Shown here piece after piece: positions 8,639 to 19,100 of a DNA stretch of 64,000 bases. The DNA comes from Collinsella sp. (GTDB lineage: Bacteria; Actinomycetota; Coriobacteriia; Coriobacteriales; Coriobacteriaceae): positions 15,567 through 79,566 of the forward strand of contig JAGZYM010000005.1 of assembly GCA_018377855.1 (NCBI GenBank). The letters run 5' to 3'. Every line of letters starts with the position of its first letter. The stretch's first letter is position 1. Below the pieces are notes generated by a model. The model was not told where the DNA came from. It ran no database searches and worked only from the letters and a program-made list of their open reading frames with translations. The translations under genes were made by a program, and so were the position numbers.

Positions 8639-9822
8639 TCAGTCCCCTCCAGGATGCTGGTCAGTTGTGCGTCGTGCCAGAGCCCGTCCATGATCTTGGG
8701 CCAGAAGCTCTGGAAACGCAGGTAGCTTGCGGCGTTTTGGCGCGCGTAGGTCTTGGCCTCGTCAATACCGTGACGCCAAATGCGCAGGTATCCCTCGTGC
8801 TCGCGGGTAAACATGCTGCGGACCATGGCGGTTTTGCGCACGCGGTCGTCGAGCTCGCGCGAAATCCACGGGCCCGGATAGGGCATGAGCGATGCCGCCG
8901 TAACGGGAATGAGCTCCTTTTGATGCGCGGCGAATGTCAACTTGGCCCGTTCGTAGTACCAACGGTATACATCCTGCATAAAGCGCGGTGAGCGCTTTTC
9001 GGACTCCGGAGGCAGATGGCGCACGGTCCACTCGTTATCGAACCACACGTCGTAGCCAAACATGCGCATGTTAAAGAGGTAATCCAAGTCCTCGCCGCGG
9101 GTGATAAACGGGTCAAAGGCCACACGCGTAAAGGCGCGGGCGTGCAGGGCCATCAGGCCGCCGCACACGTAGTTGGAGCGCGAGATGCGGGTGCCCGAGA
9201 GCGCCTTTTTCATCCAGCGATTAAACTCGATGCGTTTGGTCCACCAACGATGGCAGATGCCCGCCTTGTCCGTGGGAGCCAGCGGCGAGCCGTCGCGATC
9301 GTAGAAATAGCCGCTCTTGACCAAGATCGGCAAGCCCTGACGCGTCTGCTGCCCCAACGCATAGGTCGCGCGCTTCATAAAGTCGGCGTCGATGACAGTC
9401 TCATCGTCATCCAAAAAGATAACCGCGTCATGCCCCAGCACAGCGGCACAGGCTAGCCCCATGTTGCGGATGGCACCGTAGCCTCGCAGGCTCACGCACT
9501 CGCCCGAACCCTTGGGCGCGATCTGAGCAACCCGGTCTGCAATGCGCGAGGCCTGGGTGTTGGTGACAACGGTGACCTTGAGCGTGGGATGCGCGTCGAC
9601 AATCTCGCGCACGCGCAGCGACACATCGGCTGTGGCAGAAACGGGACAGACCACCAAAAGGATGATGCGCGGGATGTCACGTACCTGCTCAAGCGAGGCC
9701 AGGCAGCGGTCGAGTTCGGGATTGTCGGCGTTGAGTCGCGTCGAATGGTCATAGGTGCCAGGGGCGTTTGCGCAAGCGTCATCGCCCGCCCAATACGTTG
9801 GAATCACGACTGTGGCGTTCAT
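8635..9822 (-). CDS. putative glycosyltransferase (GT2-like fold), cotranscribed with the two-component system
   Basis: VVIPTYW... N-terminus, VIFLDDDE DxD-like motif; ATGA overlap with the kinase gene. Confidence 0.5.
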   Translation of the reverse strand: MNATVVIPTYWAGDDACANAPGTYDHSTRLNADNPELDRCLASLEQVRDIPRIILLVVCPVSATADVSLRVREIVDAHPTLKVTVVTNTQASRIADRVAQIAPKGSGECVSLRGYGAIRNMGLACAAVLGHDAVIFLDDDETVIDADFMKRATYALGQQTRQGLPILVKSGYFYDRDGSPLAPTDKAGICHRWWTKRIEFNRWMKKALSGTRISRSNYVCGGLMALHARAFTRVAFDPFITRGEDLDYLFNMRMFGYDVWFDNEWTVRHLPPESEKRSPRFMQDVYRWYYERAKLTFAAHQKELIPVTAASLMPYPGPWISRELDDRVRKTAMVRSMFTREHEGYLRIWRHGIDEAKTYARQNAASYLRFQSFWPKIMDGLWHDAQLTSILEGTE

Positions 9823-9993
9823 GCCTTACCCTCCCTGCAACACAAAAACGGGACGCCGCCAAACACAGGCGACGCCCCGCGACCTAGCTGATTCCATCAT
9901 ACCCACTTGGGCAAATCATTGCTCGCAAGTCGCAATGTTTATTGCGGATAACCCCAAAAGAGTACCGTGGACAGGCACAATAGCCGCTCGCTC

Positions 9994-11253
9994 CTATGCG
10001 GCATGCTCTGCCGCCCGAGTCATGCGGGACAGGCGGACCAGCAGCATAAAGCCAACGATCAGCAGCACGCCAATGGAAAGGACGCCCAGCGACGGGTTGC
10101 CGGTCAGCGAGGTGACGACCGACACTAGGAAAGTGCCCATGACGCTTGCATAGCGACCGAAGATGTCAAAGAAGCCGTAGTACTCGTTGGACTTTTCCTT
10201 GGGGATAATGCGACCAAAGTAGCTACGGCTAAGCGCCTGCACGCCGCCCTGGAACAGGCCGACCATAATGGCAAGCACCCAGAATTCAAAGGCGGTCTTT
10301 AGGAAGAACGCGGCGAACAGCACAATGCCCATGTAGGCGGCGACTGCCACCAGGATCATGTTGAGCGTGCCCACGCGGCCGGCGAGCTTGCCGTAGATGA
10401 TGGCGGACGGAAAGGCCACGAACTGCGTGACGAGCAGCGCCAGGACCAACTGGGTCGAATCGATGCCCAAGGCCGATCCGTAGCTGGTTGCCATGGAAAT
10501 GACCGTGTGCACACCGTCGATATAGAAGAAGAACGCGATCATGTAGACCAGCACGGTCTTGTTGTGGGCGATCTCGCGCATGGTGTGTCCGACCTCGGAG
10601 AACACACCGCCCACGATGTGGCCGATAGTGTCCTCGGGACCGCGCTCGCGACCGTACTTTTGCTTATAGGTGCGAATGAGCGGCAGGGTAAAGATGAGCC
10701 ACCAGGCACCAGTGATGATAAACGACAGACGCGTTGCCAGCATGGTAGGGACGCCAAGAGCGGGGCCACCCATGATGAGCGCCAGGCAGATGACGAACGG
10801 CACGGTGGAACCGATGTAGCCCCAGGCATAGCCCGAGCTGGACACGGCGTCCATGCGCTCGTCGGTGGTAATGTCGGGCAGCATGGCGTCGTAGAACGTC
10901 ATAGAAGAGTTAAGGCCAATGGTGCACAGCACGTACACGGTCAAAAATGCCATGGCGGACATTGGGATAGCCTGCGCCAAGCAAAGCACCAGGCCCGTGA
11001 GGAAGAAGCCCAAGAAGAACTTGATCTTGTTGCCGGCATAGTCGGCAAGCGCGCCCAGAATGGGCATGAGCATGGCGATGACCAGCGAGGCGATCGTCTG
11101 CGCATTGCCCCAGGCGACCACCAGGTCGGCCGAGGAAGCACCGGTATTGATGGCGTTAAAGTAAATGGGCACCACCGAGGTATTGAGCAGCACGAGGGCC
11201 GAATTGCCCACATCATACATAACCCAGTTACGCTCGAGCTTGGTGTATTTCAT
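9994..11253 (-). CDS. MFS transporter (UMF1/Atg22-like subfamily)
   Basis: 419 aa, 12 predicted TM segments; N-terminal LERNWVMYDVGNSA typical of UMF1. Confidence 0.8.
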   Translation of the reverse strand: MKYTKLERNWVMYDVGNSALVLLNTSVVPIYFNAINTGASSADLVVAWGNAQTIASLVIAMLMPILGALADYAGNKIKFFLGFFLTGLVLCLAQAIPMSAMAFLTVYVLCTIGLNSSMTFYDAMLPDITTDERMDAVSSSGYAWGYIGSTVPFVICLALIMGGPALGVPTMLATRLSFIITGAWWLIFTLPLIRTYKQKYGRERGPEDTIGHIVGGVFSEVGHTMREIAHNKTVLVYMIAFFFYIDGVHTVISMATSYGSALGIDSTQLVLALLVTQFVAFPSAIIYGKLAGRVGTLNMILVAVAAYMGIVLFAAFFLKTAFEFWVLAIMVGLFQGGVQALSRSYFGRIIPKEKSNEYYGFFDIFGRYASVMGTFLVSVVTSLTGNPSLGVLSIGVLLIVGFMLLVRLSRMTRAAEHAA

Positions 11254-11354
11254 GGACAGGGACCCTTCGTATTCGCCCGATATGCAGTTAGTTCATCGTA
11301 CCCTAATTGTCCAGAACCGCCGGTAAGGATTCGGCAAAGGGGCACGCACGGGCC

Positions 11355-12299
11355 CTATTCCTCGCGGTCGAACTCCTCATCGGCTTCGAGCACGCGACCG
11401 CTGTAGTTGACGTGACTGGTCACGGCATCCATGTCACCGGTCTCGATAAAACGTGCGACCGTGCACTCGTAATCGACCAGCGCGCGATCAAAGACCTCGG
11501 GGAAACTCTCGTTCGAGACCTCGTCGGTAAAGGGATTCTTCCATGTCAGATGGCCCAGGTTACCGGTGCGCTCGGGCAGCTCCGTCGTCACGCGATGGGC
11601 AAGGCCGTCGAGCAGCGAGTAGTCGTGCACCAAGCCCTCAACCAGCGAGATCGCGCGCGTCTTTGCGGAGCCGGCCGGCTCAATCGCGCGGTAAAGTCGC
11701 TGCATATTGGCAACGGCAGCACCGTACTCCCCCGCCGGAATGTCAATGCCGTACACGCGTCCGGCAACATAGCTCATCAGCACGCCGGCCACGCGATTGA
11801 TGCGATCGGTGGTGACGATCTCGCCCGCCGGCGGGTAATCGTCGACCGTAGCGCCATCGCGTTTAAGCTGCAGCATCAGTACATCCAGGTCGCTCTCGAT
11901 CACGGCATGGACCTGACTGCTCGAATCCTCAAGCTCTGAATCGGACTCCACGATGCCAAACTGCTGCTCATAGACAAAGGGATGGGCGTTGCGGTCGAGC
12001 ACGTAATGAGACAGTAGGCCCAGCGCAAAGGCGCGACCCAAGCTGGCGTCGCGCGGCAGCAGATGCGACACGCCGTCGCGCAGGCACGCGAACTGGCGAG
12101 ACATGCGCGAGCGATGCATGACCTGCGCCAGCAGCGTGCAGTCGGAAACACGCGGTGTCAGAATGTGAAAGAAGAACGGGTCGGGGCCTTGGTTGCCCAA
12201 GATAAAGGCAATGCGCTCTTCATCGGACGTGATGACGCCCTGTGGAAGACGGTCGATGCTTTCCTCGCCAAACAGATGATGGGTGATAAGCGCGGGCAT
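11355..12299 (-). CDS. zinc-dependent phospholipase C-like family protein (hypothetical hydrolase)
   Basis: MPALITHHLFGE... His-rich N-terminus; start chosen at the Met preceded by GAAAGGA (ORF track 12329). Confidence 0.4.
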   Translation of the reverse strand: MPALITHHLFGEESIDRLPQGVITSDEERIAFILGNQGPDPFFFHILTPRVSDCTLLAQVMHRSRMSRQFACLRDGVSHLLPRDASLGRAFALGLLSHYVLDRNAHPFVYEQQFGIVESDSELEDSSSQVHAVIESDLDVLMLQLKRDGATVDDYPPAGEIVTTDRINRVAGVLMSYVAGRVYGIDIPAGEYGAAVANMQRLYRAIEPAGSAKTRAISLVEGLVHDYSLLDGLAHRVTTELPERTGNLGHLTWKNPFTDEVSNESFPEVFDRALVDYECTVARFIETGDMDAVTSHVNYSGRVLEADEEFDREE

Positions 12300-12391
12300 A
12301 ATGATCCTTTCGATTTCATTCGATGCCACCCATTATGCCCACCGCGCGCCCATGCCAAACCTGCGATGGTAAACGACGGCACGCAAGCCTC

Positions 12392-13126
12392 TTACGCAAG
12401 CCCCAGGTGCGACTTGACCTCGGCGGCACGACGACGGGACACCGGCACCGTCGAGTTCACGCGGTCGAGCCTGAGCTCCATCAACCCCGTGGAGCCAATC
12501 TCAACATTGTGCACGTCTTCCAAATTGACCAAGTAGCTGCGATGAACGCGAATAAAGCCCTCGGAGTCCAAGCGACGCTCGAGCGAAGAGATCGACTCAT
12601 TGATCAGGTACGTTCCCTCGGCGCAGATGGCGTTGCAAAAATCGGCGCGCGCCTCAAAGTAGCAGACGTCTGCGGCGGGAATGAACACCTTTTTGCCCCC
12701 GCGGTCCACCGTCAGACGCAAAGGTTGGCGCGGAGCATGGATAACACGACGGGCACCCAAGGCTGCCTCGATCTTGTCGAGTGCCTTTGACAGGCGTGCG
12801 TCCTCGACCGGCTTGACGACATAGTCGACCGCATCAAGGTTATACGCATCGGCGGCAAACTCGGCAAACGCCGTCACAAACACAACCACCGGCGGCGTCT
12901 TTAGGTTCTGCAGCGTCTCGGCAAGCTCAATTCCCGAGCGGCCGGGCATCGTGATGTCCAAAAACAACACGTCGGGCTTGTTCGACAGAATCGACTCCAC
13001 GGCTTCGGTGACATTGCCCGCCTCGGCAATCTGACCCACACGCGTATCCTTTTCCAACAGATAGCGTAGCTCGGCCCTAATGGGAGGCTCGTCATCAACC
13101 ACCAAGATGTTCCAGCCTTCGGACAT
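12392..13126 (-). CDS. LytTR-family response regulator (paralogue 2)
   Basis: ILVVDDEPPIRAELRYLL... REC + LytTR; about 45% identical to 6506-7222. Confidence 0.9.
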   Translation of the reverse strand: MSEGWNILVVDDEPPIRAELRYLLEKDTRVGQIAEAGNVTEAVESILSNKPDVLFLDITMPGRSGIELAETLQNLKTPPVVVFVTAFAEFAADAYNLDAVDYVVKPVEDARLSKALDKIEAALGARRVIHAPRQPLRLTVDRGGKKVFIPAADVCYFEARADFCNAICAEGTYLINESISSLERRLDSEGFIRVHRSYLVNLEDVHNVEIGSTGLMELRLDRVNSTVPVSRRRAAEVKSHLGLA

Positions 13127-13164
13127 ATGTGCTTCCCCTCTTTTTCTCTCAATCCAACCGCGTG

Positions 13165-14556
13165 CTACGCCGTCAACGGCGCGGGCTCATGCGGCTCGCC
13201 GTTCAGCTCGACGATGACCTGCGTTCCCACGCCCTCCTGGGACTTCACGCGCATGCCGGAATCTTCTCCGTAAAAGAAATGGATGCGCTGAAGCACGTTG
13301 AAGAGCGCCAGGCCGCAACCTCGCTTGACGGAGCCGTCGGCGGTAATGCTCTCGGGCTCCTCCAGGCGATGTTGCTCAAACAGATGCGCGCAGACTTCTT
13401 CGCTCATACCGATGCCGTCGTCCTCGACGATGATCTCCAAACCGTCATCGGTCTCGAAAGCCCTAACATGAATAGAAAGCGGCTCGGTCTCGCGCTGCGC
13501 GTGCTTGATGCAGTTTTCGAGCAACGGCTGCAAGATAAACGGCGGCACCAGGCTGTCGCGCACCTCAAAGTCGATGTCGACCGAGACGCGCAGACGGCCG
13601 TCGCCATACCGGGCCTGCATAAGATTGATATAACGAGTGCCCTGTTCCACCTCGTGCTCGAGCGTGGTGAGCGTATCGGAGTCAGAAAGCGTCTGACGAT
13701 AGTAGTTGGAAAAGTCGATCAGCAGCGATCGCGCCTTGTCGGGCTCGGTTCGAACGAGCGACACGATCGTGCTAATGGTATTGAATAGAAAATGCGGGTC
13801 GACCTGCGACTGCAGGGCGCGAAGCTCAACGCGGGCTGTGAGCTCGTCCTGGCGCTCGAGCTCAAAGCTGGCGAGCTGCGTGGAAATTAGATCGGCAAAA
13901 CCCGAGGCAAGGGCCGTCTGGCGCATATCAATGCTGCTCAGGCGGGGATAGTACAGCTCGAGCGTACCCACGCAATGCCCGCGCACGGTAAGCGGTGCGA
14001 CAATACCGGCGCGCAGGCGGGGAAAATAACCGCCCGTCTCATTGGAGGTGTCACGAGAAAACACGCTCTGCTCGCCCGTCTCAATCACACTGAGCGTGGT
14101 CTTGAGCACGACCGGGGTGCCGGCAGGGCACTTTGCCGAGTCCTCGCCCCAGCTTGCCAACACCTGTTTGCCATCGGTAAAGCAGATGGCAGAGGCGATG
14201 GTCTCGGACAGGATGATTTTAGAGGCGCCCAGGGCCGCTTCGGGCGTAAGGCCACGCGATGTATAGGCGAATATTTTTGATGCGATGGCGAGCGTACGGT
14301 CGGTTGCGCTCGATGTGAGGTCGTCGGGGACCACAAAGACATACGAGAAAAAGAAGCACAGCATGACCATGCCGGCAATAACGACAACGCCCGGAACGGG
14401 ATTGGGATTATCGGTTAAATCCCAGATAAGCAGCAAGATAAGCGCCGGAACGACAATACCGAGCAGGATGGCCTGGACCACATGCTGGGCCGTGCGAAAG
14501 ACCTTGGTAGAGTTGTAGCTCTTGCCCAGAATCAGCCTGTTTAAATCCACCGTCAT
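13165..14556 (-). CDS. LytS/YehU-type sensor histidine kinase (paralogue 2)
   Basis: DPHFLFNTISTIVSL motif; GAF-like region; start at MTVDL preceded by AAGGGG (ORF track 14625). Confidence 0.85.
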   Translation of the reverse strand: MTVDLNRLILGKSYNSTKVFRTAQHVVQAILLGIVVPALILLLIWDLTDNPNPVPGVVVIAGMVMLCFFFSYVFVVPDDLTSSATDRTLAIASKIFAYTSRGLTPEAALGASKIILSETIASAICFTDGKQVLASWGEDSAKCPAGTPVVLKTTLSVIETGEQSVFSRDTSNETGGYFPRLRAGIVAPLTVRGHCVGTLELYYPRLSSIDMRQTALASGFADLISTQLASFELERQDELTARVELRALQSQVDPHFLFNTISTIVSLVRTEPDKARSLLIDFSNYYRQTLSDSDTLTTLEHEVEQGTRYINLMQARYGDGRLRVSVDIDFEVRDSLVPPFILQPLLENCIKHAQRETEPLSIHVRAFETDDGLEIIVEDDGIGMSEEVCAHLFEQHRLEEPESITADGSVKRGCGLALFNVLQRIHFFYGEDSGMRVKSQEGVGTQVIVELNGEPHEPAPLTA

Positions 14557-14667
14557 CCCCTTTTTTCTATCGCACCCATAGCAATAAAGAGGGCCGCAAG
14601 CGACCCTCTCCATTGCATTATGCAATCAAATACTGTGTTTTACATCAAGCCATCGATGAACGGTAGC

Positions 14668-15945
14668 TTAGGCGCTGTACTTGTTTGCCTCGCCGAAGGT
14701 GCCGCCCTCGACAATCCAGCCGTCCTTCATGATGACGTCCATGTTGTCGGTGTTGAGCACGTGGATGTCGGCGGCGACGTCACCGTTGACGACCAGCAGG
14801 TCGGCGCACTTGCCGGCCTCGATGGACCCGGTCTCGTCCTCGATGTGGCACATCTTGGCACCGTTGAGGGTGGCGCAGGTGATGGTCTCGACCGGAGTGA
14901 AGCCGATCTTGTCGACGAACTCGTACATCTCCTCGATGGAGCAGGTGCCGTACGGGGTGACGAAGGAGAAGGAGTCGGAGCCGATCGTCATGACGACGCC
15001 GCGCTTCTTGGCCTCGCGCAGGCAGTCGTAGTTGCGCTGCAGCTCCTTCTCGACCAAGGTGCCCTCGTACTTGTCGTGCAGCTCGGGAACGTAGACGGGC
15101 GGATAGGTGGCGTACCAGGTGGGCAGGAAGGCGATCGTCGGGGTGAAGAAGGTGCCCTGCTCGGCCATGAGGTCCATGGTGCGCTCATCGATATCGAAGC
15201 CGTGAATCAGCTGCTCGCAGCCAAAGCGGACGGAGTCGTAGGCAGCGGCGTGGTTGTTGTAGCAGTGGCTCCACACGGGGATGCCGACCATCTTTGCCTC
15301 TTCGACCACGGCCTGGATCTCCTCGGAGCAATAGTGCTGGTCGCGGCCGGAGTCCCAGCGCCAGATGCCGCCACCGGTAGCCCAGATCTTGATGGCATCG
15401 GGGTTCTCGCGCAGGCGACGACGGACGGCCTTGCGCAGATCCCAAGGACCGTCGACCTGATCGCCCCAGGGGTGCGATTCCTTGTTGAGCTCCTGGCTGC
15501 AGTGGTGGGAGTCGCCGTGGCCGGCAACGCGGCAGAAGCCAAGGCCGGTGGCCAGAACGCGCGGACCCTTAAAGACGCCCTTGTCGATGCAGTCACGGAT
15601 CTGGATACCAAAGCGGCCGATCTCGCAGACGGTGGTGAGGCCGTGGGTGAGGCAGTCGTAGGCTTGCTTGACGGCGACGGCCTGCTTTTCGAGGAGCGGC
15701 TGCATGACCCAGTCGGTGTCATCGTCGGTCAAGTTGCCCGAGAAGTGCAGGTGGGTGTCGATCAGGCCGGGAAGGACGGTCTTGCCGGCGGCGTCGATGA
15801 CCTCAACGCCCTCGGGAAGGTCCTGCATGGCGCCGGCGTACTCGATCTTGCCGTTGTCGTCGACGAGAACGAGGGAGTTCTCGACCGGCTCGGCACCGGT
15901 ACCGTCGATGAGCTTGCCGCCAACGATTGCATACTTAGTGGACAT
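14668..15945 (-). CDS. metal-dependent amidohydrolase family protein
   Basis: VLPGLIDTHLHF metal-binding motif; 425 aa. Confidence 0.85.
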   Translation of the reverse strand: MSTKYAIVGGKLIDGTGAEPVENSLVLVDDNGKIEYAGAMQDLPEGVEVIDAAGKTVLPGLIDTHLHFSGNLTDDDTDWVMQPLLEKQAVAVKQAYDCLTHGLTTVCEIGRFGIQIRDCIDKGVFKGPRVLATGLGFCRVAGHGDSHHCSQELNKESHPWGDQVDGPWDLRKAVRRRLRENPDAIKIWATGGGIWRWDSGRDQHYCSEEIQAVVEEAKMVGIPVWSHCYNNHAAAYDSVRFGCEQLIHGFDIDERTMDLMAEQGTFFTPTIAFLPTWYATYPPVYVPELHDKYEGTLVEKELQRNYDCLREAKKRGVVMTIGSDSFSFVTPYGTCSIEEMYEFVDKIGFTPVETITCATLNGAKMCHIEDETGSIEAGKCADLLVVNGDVAADIHVLNTDNMDVIMKDGWIVEGGTFGEANKYSA

Positions 15946-16076
15946 GGTTCCTCCTTATGGATCCATATAGTGGGCGAGGCCGTGTTGGGTTAAGGCCTCA
16001 CAAAGCTACCCAAGTGGCGCCGGGTTCGGTGCGCGGAAGAGAGGGGCCCGCGCACCTGATCCGCCCCGGCTCGGCG

Positions 16077-17528
16077 TTACTTTTTGCGGGAATTGGTGAA
16101 AGCCATGAGGGCCAGGCCAATAGCCAACCAGCCGATCACGATGCTCCACTCCACCATGTTGAGGGAGGCGGGAGAGAACGGAATCACAAGCAGGCCGATG
16201 ATGATGGCGCAGGCAGCGATAGCGAGGGAGATGCCAAACTTGCCACCGGGCACCTCGTAGGGACGAGGCAGGTCGGGCTCGGTGAAGCGCATGCGCAGGC
16301 AAGCGAGGGCGACCATGCCGCAGGAGAAGATGAAGGCGAGAGCCGACACGTTGGTCAGAGGGATGAGCATGTTCTTGCCCAGGAACGGACCGACGACGGT
16401 GATGACGCCCAGAACGACGCAGGCGAGCTTGGGAGCGCCGGACTTGGGGTCGACCTCGGCGAACTGCTCGGGCAACTGGCCCTTGCGGCCCATGGCGAGC
16501 ATAATGCGGCTCGTGGCGCCGTAGAAGGAGTTCATCGGGCCCATGGGTCCAAGCGTGGCGATGACGAGCATGGCCAGGTACAGGAGCATGTTGATGCCCT
16601 TGAGGCAGGCGAGCGCGGGAACCGGGCTCTTAACAAACTCATGCCAGTCGAGGATGGTGCCGAACGAGTAGATACAGACCATGTAGAAGCCACCGGCGGC
16701 CAGCAGTGCCAAGGAGATGATCTTGCCGAACTTGTTCCAGTTGAGGCCCTCGGCAGCTTCCTCAGCCTGCTGAGGAATGGTGTCGAAACCGGCGTAGAAG
16801 AACGGGGTCAGAACCAGGACCGACACGATGCCGGCAAACAGGCTGGTGCTCTCGGTGGCGGCCTTGCCGCCGCCAGCGCCGGTGACCTGGGAGAACACGG
16901 GCATGGCGTTGTCCGGCGAGCCGGTAAACAGCGAGACGCCCATGGCGAGCAGCATGCCGCAAAGCAGAGCCTTGGTCAGGAAGGCCTGGAGCTTGGCGGC
17001 CGAGCTGGCGCCGCGGAAGTTGAGGAAGATGACGTAGACTGCAAAGCCGAGCGCGATCAGCGTCGGGAACAGGTAGACGTCGGCCCCCAGGATGGTGTAG
17101 AGCTTGACGGCGCGCAGCCACTCAAGGCCGGGCAGGCTGCCGAACATCTCGGACACGAGGGTCGAAATGGCGATGGCCTCCCACGGGCACAGGATGCCGT
17201 TGCCCAGGGCCAAAAGCCATCCGGTGATGTAGCTCAGCGTACGGCCAAAGCTACGATCGACATACTCGACGATGCCGCCCGAGATGGGGATAGCAGCCGT
17301 GAGCTCACCGAAAACAGCTCCGACGGGCACGAGGAAAATTGCACCCAAGAGGAATGCGATCATAGCGGGAACGGGACCGCCGCCCACGACCATCCAGTCA
17401 CCGACCTGCAGAACCCAACCGGTACCGATGATGGCACCGAAACCGATGGTGAAGAAGTTCCAGAGCGAAAGCGTTTTCTTCATGCCGCCATTATCCTCGA
17501 CTGCAACTTCTGCGTTCTTGTCCGCCAT
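16077..17528 (-). CDS. APC-superfamily amino acid permease
   Basis: 483 aa, 12 TM segments; FFTIGFGAIIGTGW signature. Confidence 0.9.
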   Translation of the reverse strand: MADKNAEVAVEDNGGMKKTLSLWNFFTIGFGAIIGTGWVLQVGDWMVVGGGPVPAMIAFLLGAIFLVPVGAVFGELTAAIPISGGIVEYVDRSFGRTLSYITGWLLALGNGILCPWEAIAISTLVSEMFGSLPGLEWLRAVKLYTILGADVYLFPTLIALGFAVYVIFLNFRGASSAAKLQAFLTKALLCGMLLAMGVSLFTGSPDNAMPVFSQVTGAGGGKAATESTSLFAGIVSVLVLTPFFYAGFDTIPQQAEEAAEGLNWNKFGKIISLALLAAGGFYMVCIYSFGTILDWHEFVKSPVPALACLKGINMLLYLAMLVIATLGPMGPMNSFYGATSRIMLAMGRKGQLPEQFAEVDPKSGAPKLACVVLGVITVVGPFLGKNMLIPLTNVSALAFIFSCGMVALACLRMRFTEPDLPRPYEVPGGKFGISLAIAACAIIIGLLVIPFSPASLNMVEWSIVIGWLAIGLALMAFTNSRKK

Positions 17529-17882
17529 TGTTCCCCTCCTTTCCTTTTTGACGCCCTTGGCGTCACCCCTTGCGCGGTCCGTTTTGCCGCGCGCTTTTAT
17601 TCCATGGCTTTAAGATACGGCCTTGGCGCAGCAGCGCCGCTCGCAGCTCGACCGAAGGCAGAACTGCAAAACGAGCGGCACCGTTTTTGGGACGAACGGC
17701 GGGAGACGTCATTCGTCTTGGACGCTTTCATCTTGTCTGCTTTTGAATACCTGCTGCCGTGACGCTTGGCGCGCGGCGCGGCAACGTTCATACCATTTGT
17801 CAGGCTTTTGGCGCACATGCCCATGTGTCGTGCATCTTTTTATGTAGGATAGACAAGTTACACATGAGGCAAGGTGATTCGA

Positions 17883-18884
17883 ATGGCATACGGATACAAT
17901 GACGGCGACCAACGGCCACAAAGCGTGCGCCTTGCCGGCCGCACCATGCCAACGCCCAGAAGCACCTCCGACAACGACAACCCGCAGCGCCCCCAAGAGC
18001 AGCTCGGGGCTTCTTCGCGGCAACAAAGCCGTACCGTGCAGCAGTCAGACCGCGTGAGTACGAGCACACGCCAACGTCAGACCGACACATCGCAGCCACG
18101 CCGCTACGATCGCCGTAAGACCGACTACTACGTCAAGCGTTCCTTTTCGCGACCTCAACGCGATCGCGGCAATTCCTCCCCTCACCCCGCGTCGCACACC
18201 ACAAGCCACGCGCTTCCGGCCCGCCGCCTACGCCTTGCGCTTTGCTCCATCGCCGCCTGCCTCGTCTTTGTGTTTTTGGGATCCTGTATCTCCCACGGAT
18301 CAGCCGGTCTTGAGCCCACTGCCGAGGACAAGCTGCTTAAAGCTCCCGTCGCGCCCGGTTACTCCTTTGCGTTCTCGACCCCACGCTCGCAATGGCAGGC
18401 CGGCACCATGCCCCACATCTACCAAATTGACCCCGCATGGTCGGAGCTGCCCTATGCCGGTGGCACTATTCGCGAAAACGCTTGCGGTCCTACCTGCCTC
18501 ACCATGGTCTATATCTTTAAGACCGGCCATACCGATAAGACGCCGGTCGATATATGCGCGCTGGCCGAAGCCGGCAACTACGCCCCCACTGGTGCCACCG
18601 AGTGGTCGTTTATGACAGGCGGTGCGTGGCAGCTGGGGCTCAACGGAACACAGCTCTATAACGATCGCGAATCGATTACTCAAGCACTTCGCTCGGGTGC
18701 GCCCGTCATCGCCGCAGTGCGCCCCGGTACGTTTACCAACGTAGGCCACTACATCGTGCTCTACGGCATCGACGATGCCGACCAGATTGGCGTCTACGAC
18801 CCCAACTCGGCCAGCCGCAGCGCCCGTCGCTGGGGCGTCGTAGAGGTCCTCAACGAAGTCGAAGCCATGTGGGCCTACTACTAG
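17883..18884 (+). CDS. membrane-anchored papain-like cysteine peptidase domain protein (peptidase C39-like fold)
   Basis: Pro/Gln/Arg-rich N-terminus, one TM helix, C-terminal domain with ENACGPTCLTMV catalytic-Cys context and HYIVLYG. Confidence 0.6.
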   Translation: MAYGYNDGDQRPQSVRLAGRTMPTPRSTSDNDNPQRPQEQLGASSRQQSRTVQQSDRVSTSTRQRQTDTSQPRRYDRRKTDYYVKRSFSRPQRDRGNSSPHPASHTTSHALPARRLRLALCSIAACLVFVFLGSCISHGSAGLEPTAEDKLLKAPVAPGYSFAFSTPRSQWQAGTMPHIYQIDPAWSELPYAGGTIRENACGPTCLTMVYIFKTGHTDKTPVDICALAEAGNYAPTGATEWSFMTGGAWQLGLNGTQLYNDRESITQALRSGAPVIAAVRPGTFTNVGHYIVLYGIDDADQIGVYDPNSASRSARRWGVVEVLNEVEAMWAYY

Positions 18885-18995
18885 TCATTGGGGACAGACT
18901 TAAATGAGTGGTCGTTGGGGACAGCCTTTAAGGACTGTCCCAAGCTGCCGGCAGGAAAGGAACGTCCCCAAGTGCCGGGTTCCCAATGACTAGGT
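18883..18995. repeat. 113-bp imperfect palindromic MITE-like element with 13-bp terminal inverted repeats (CTAGTCATTGGGG...CCCAATGACTAG) and multiple TTGGGGAC/GTCCCCAA motifs
   Basis: Starts at the peptidase stop codon; shares a roughly 45-nt core (CCGGCAG-GAAAGGAACGTCCC-AA-TGCCGG) with 27525-27580 and 34262-34318. Confidence 0.6.
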
Positions 18996-19003
18996 GAATA
19001 GCA

Positions 19004-19036
19004 AAAGCCCCGCAGTCGGAGCGGACCGCGGGGCTC
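19004..19036 (-). terminator. intrinsic terminator for arcC (hairpin GCCCCGC...GCGGGGC followed by UUUUGCUAUU on the minus strand)
   Basis: Hairpin and U-tract read from the minus strand, about 65 nt after the arcC stop. Confidence 0.55.
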
Positions 19037-19100
19037 ATGAAGAGAGGCTAGTTTGCGGGCGTCTTGCCTGGCGCCCACGAGAGAGGCAACAGAGTAGAGA

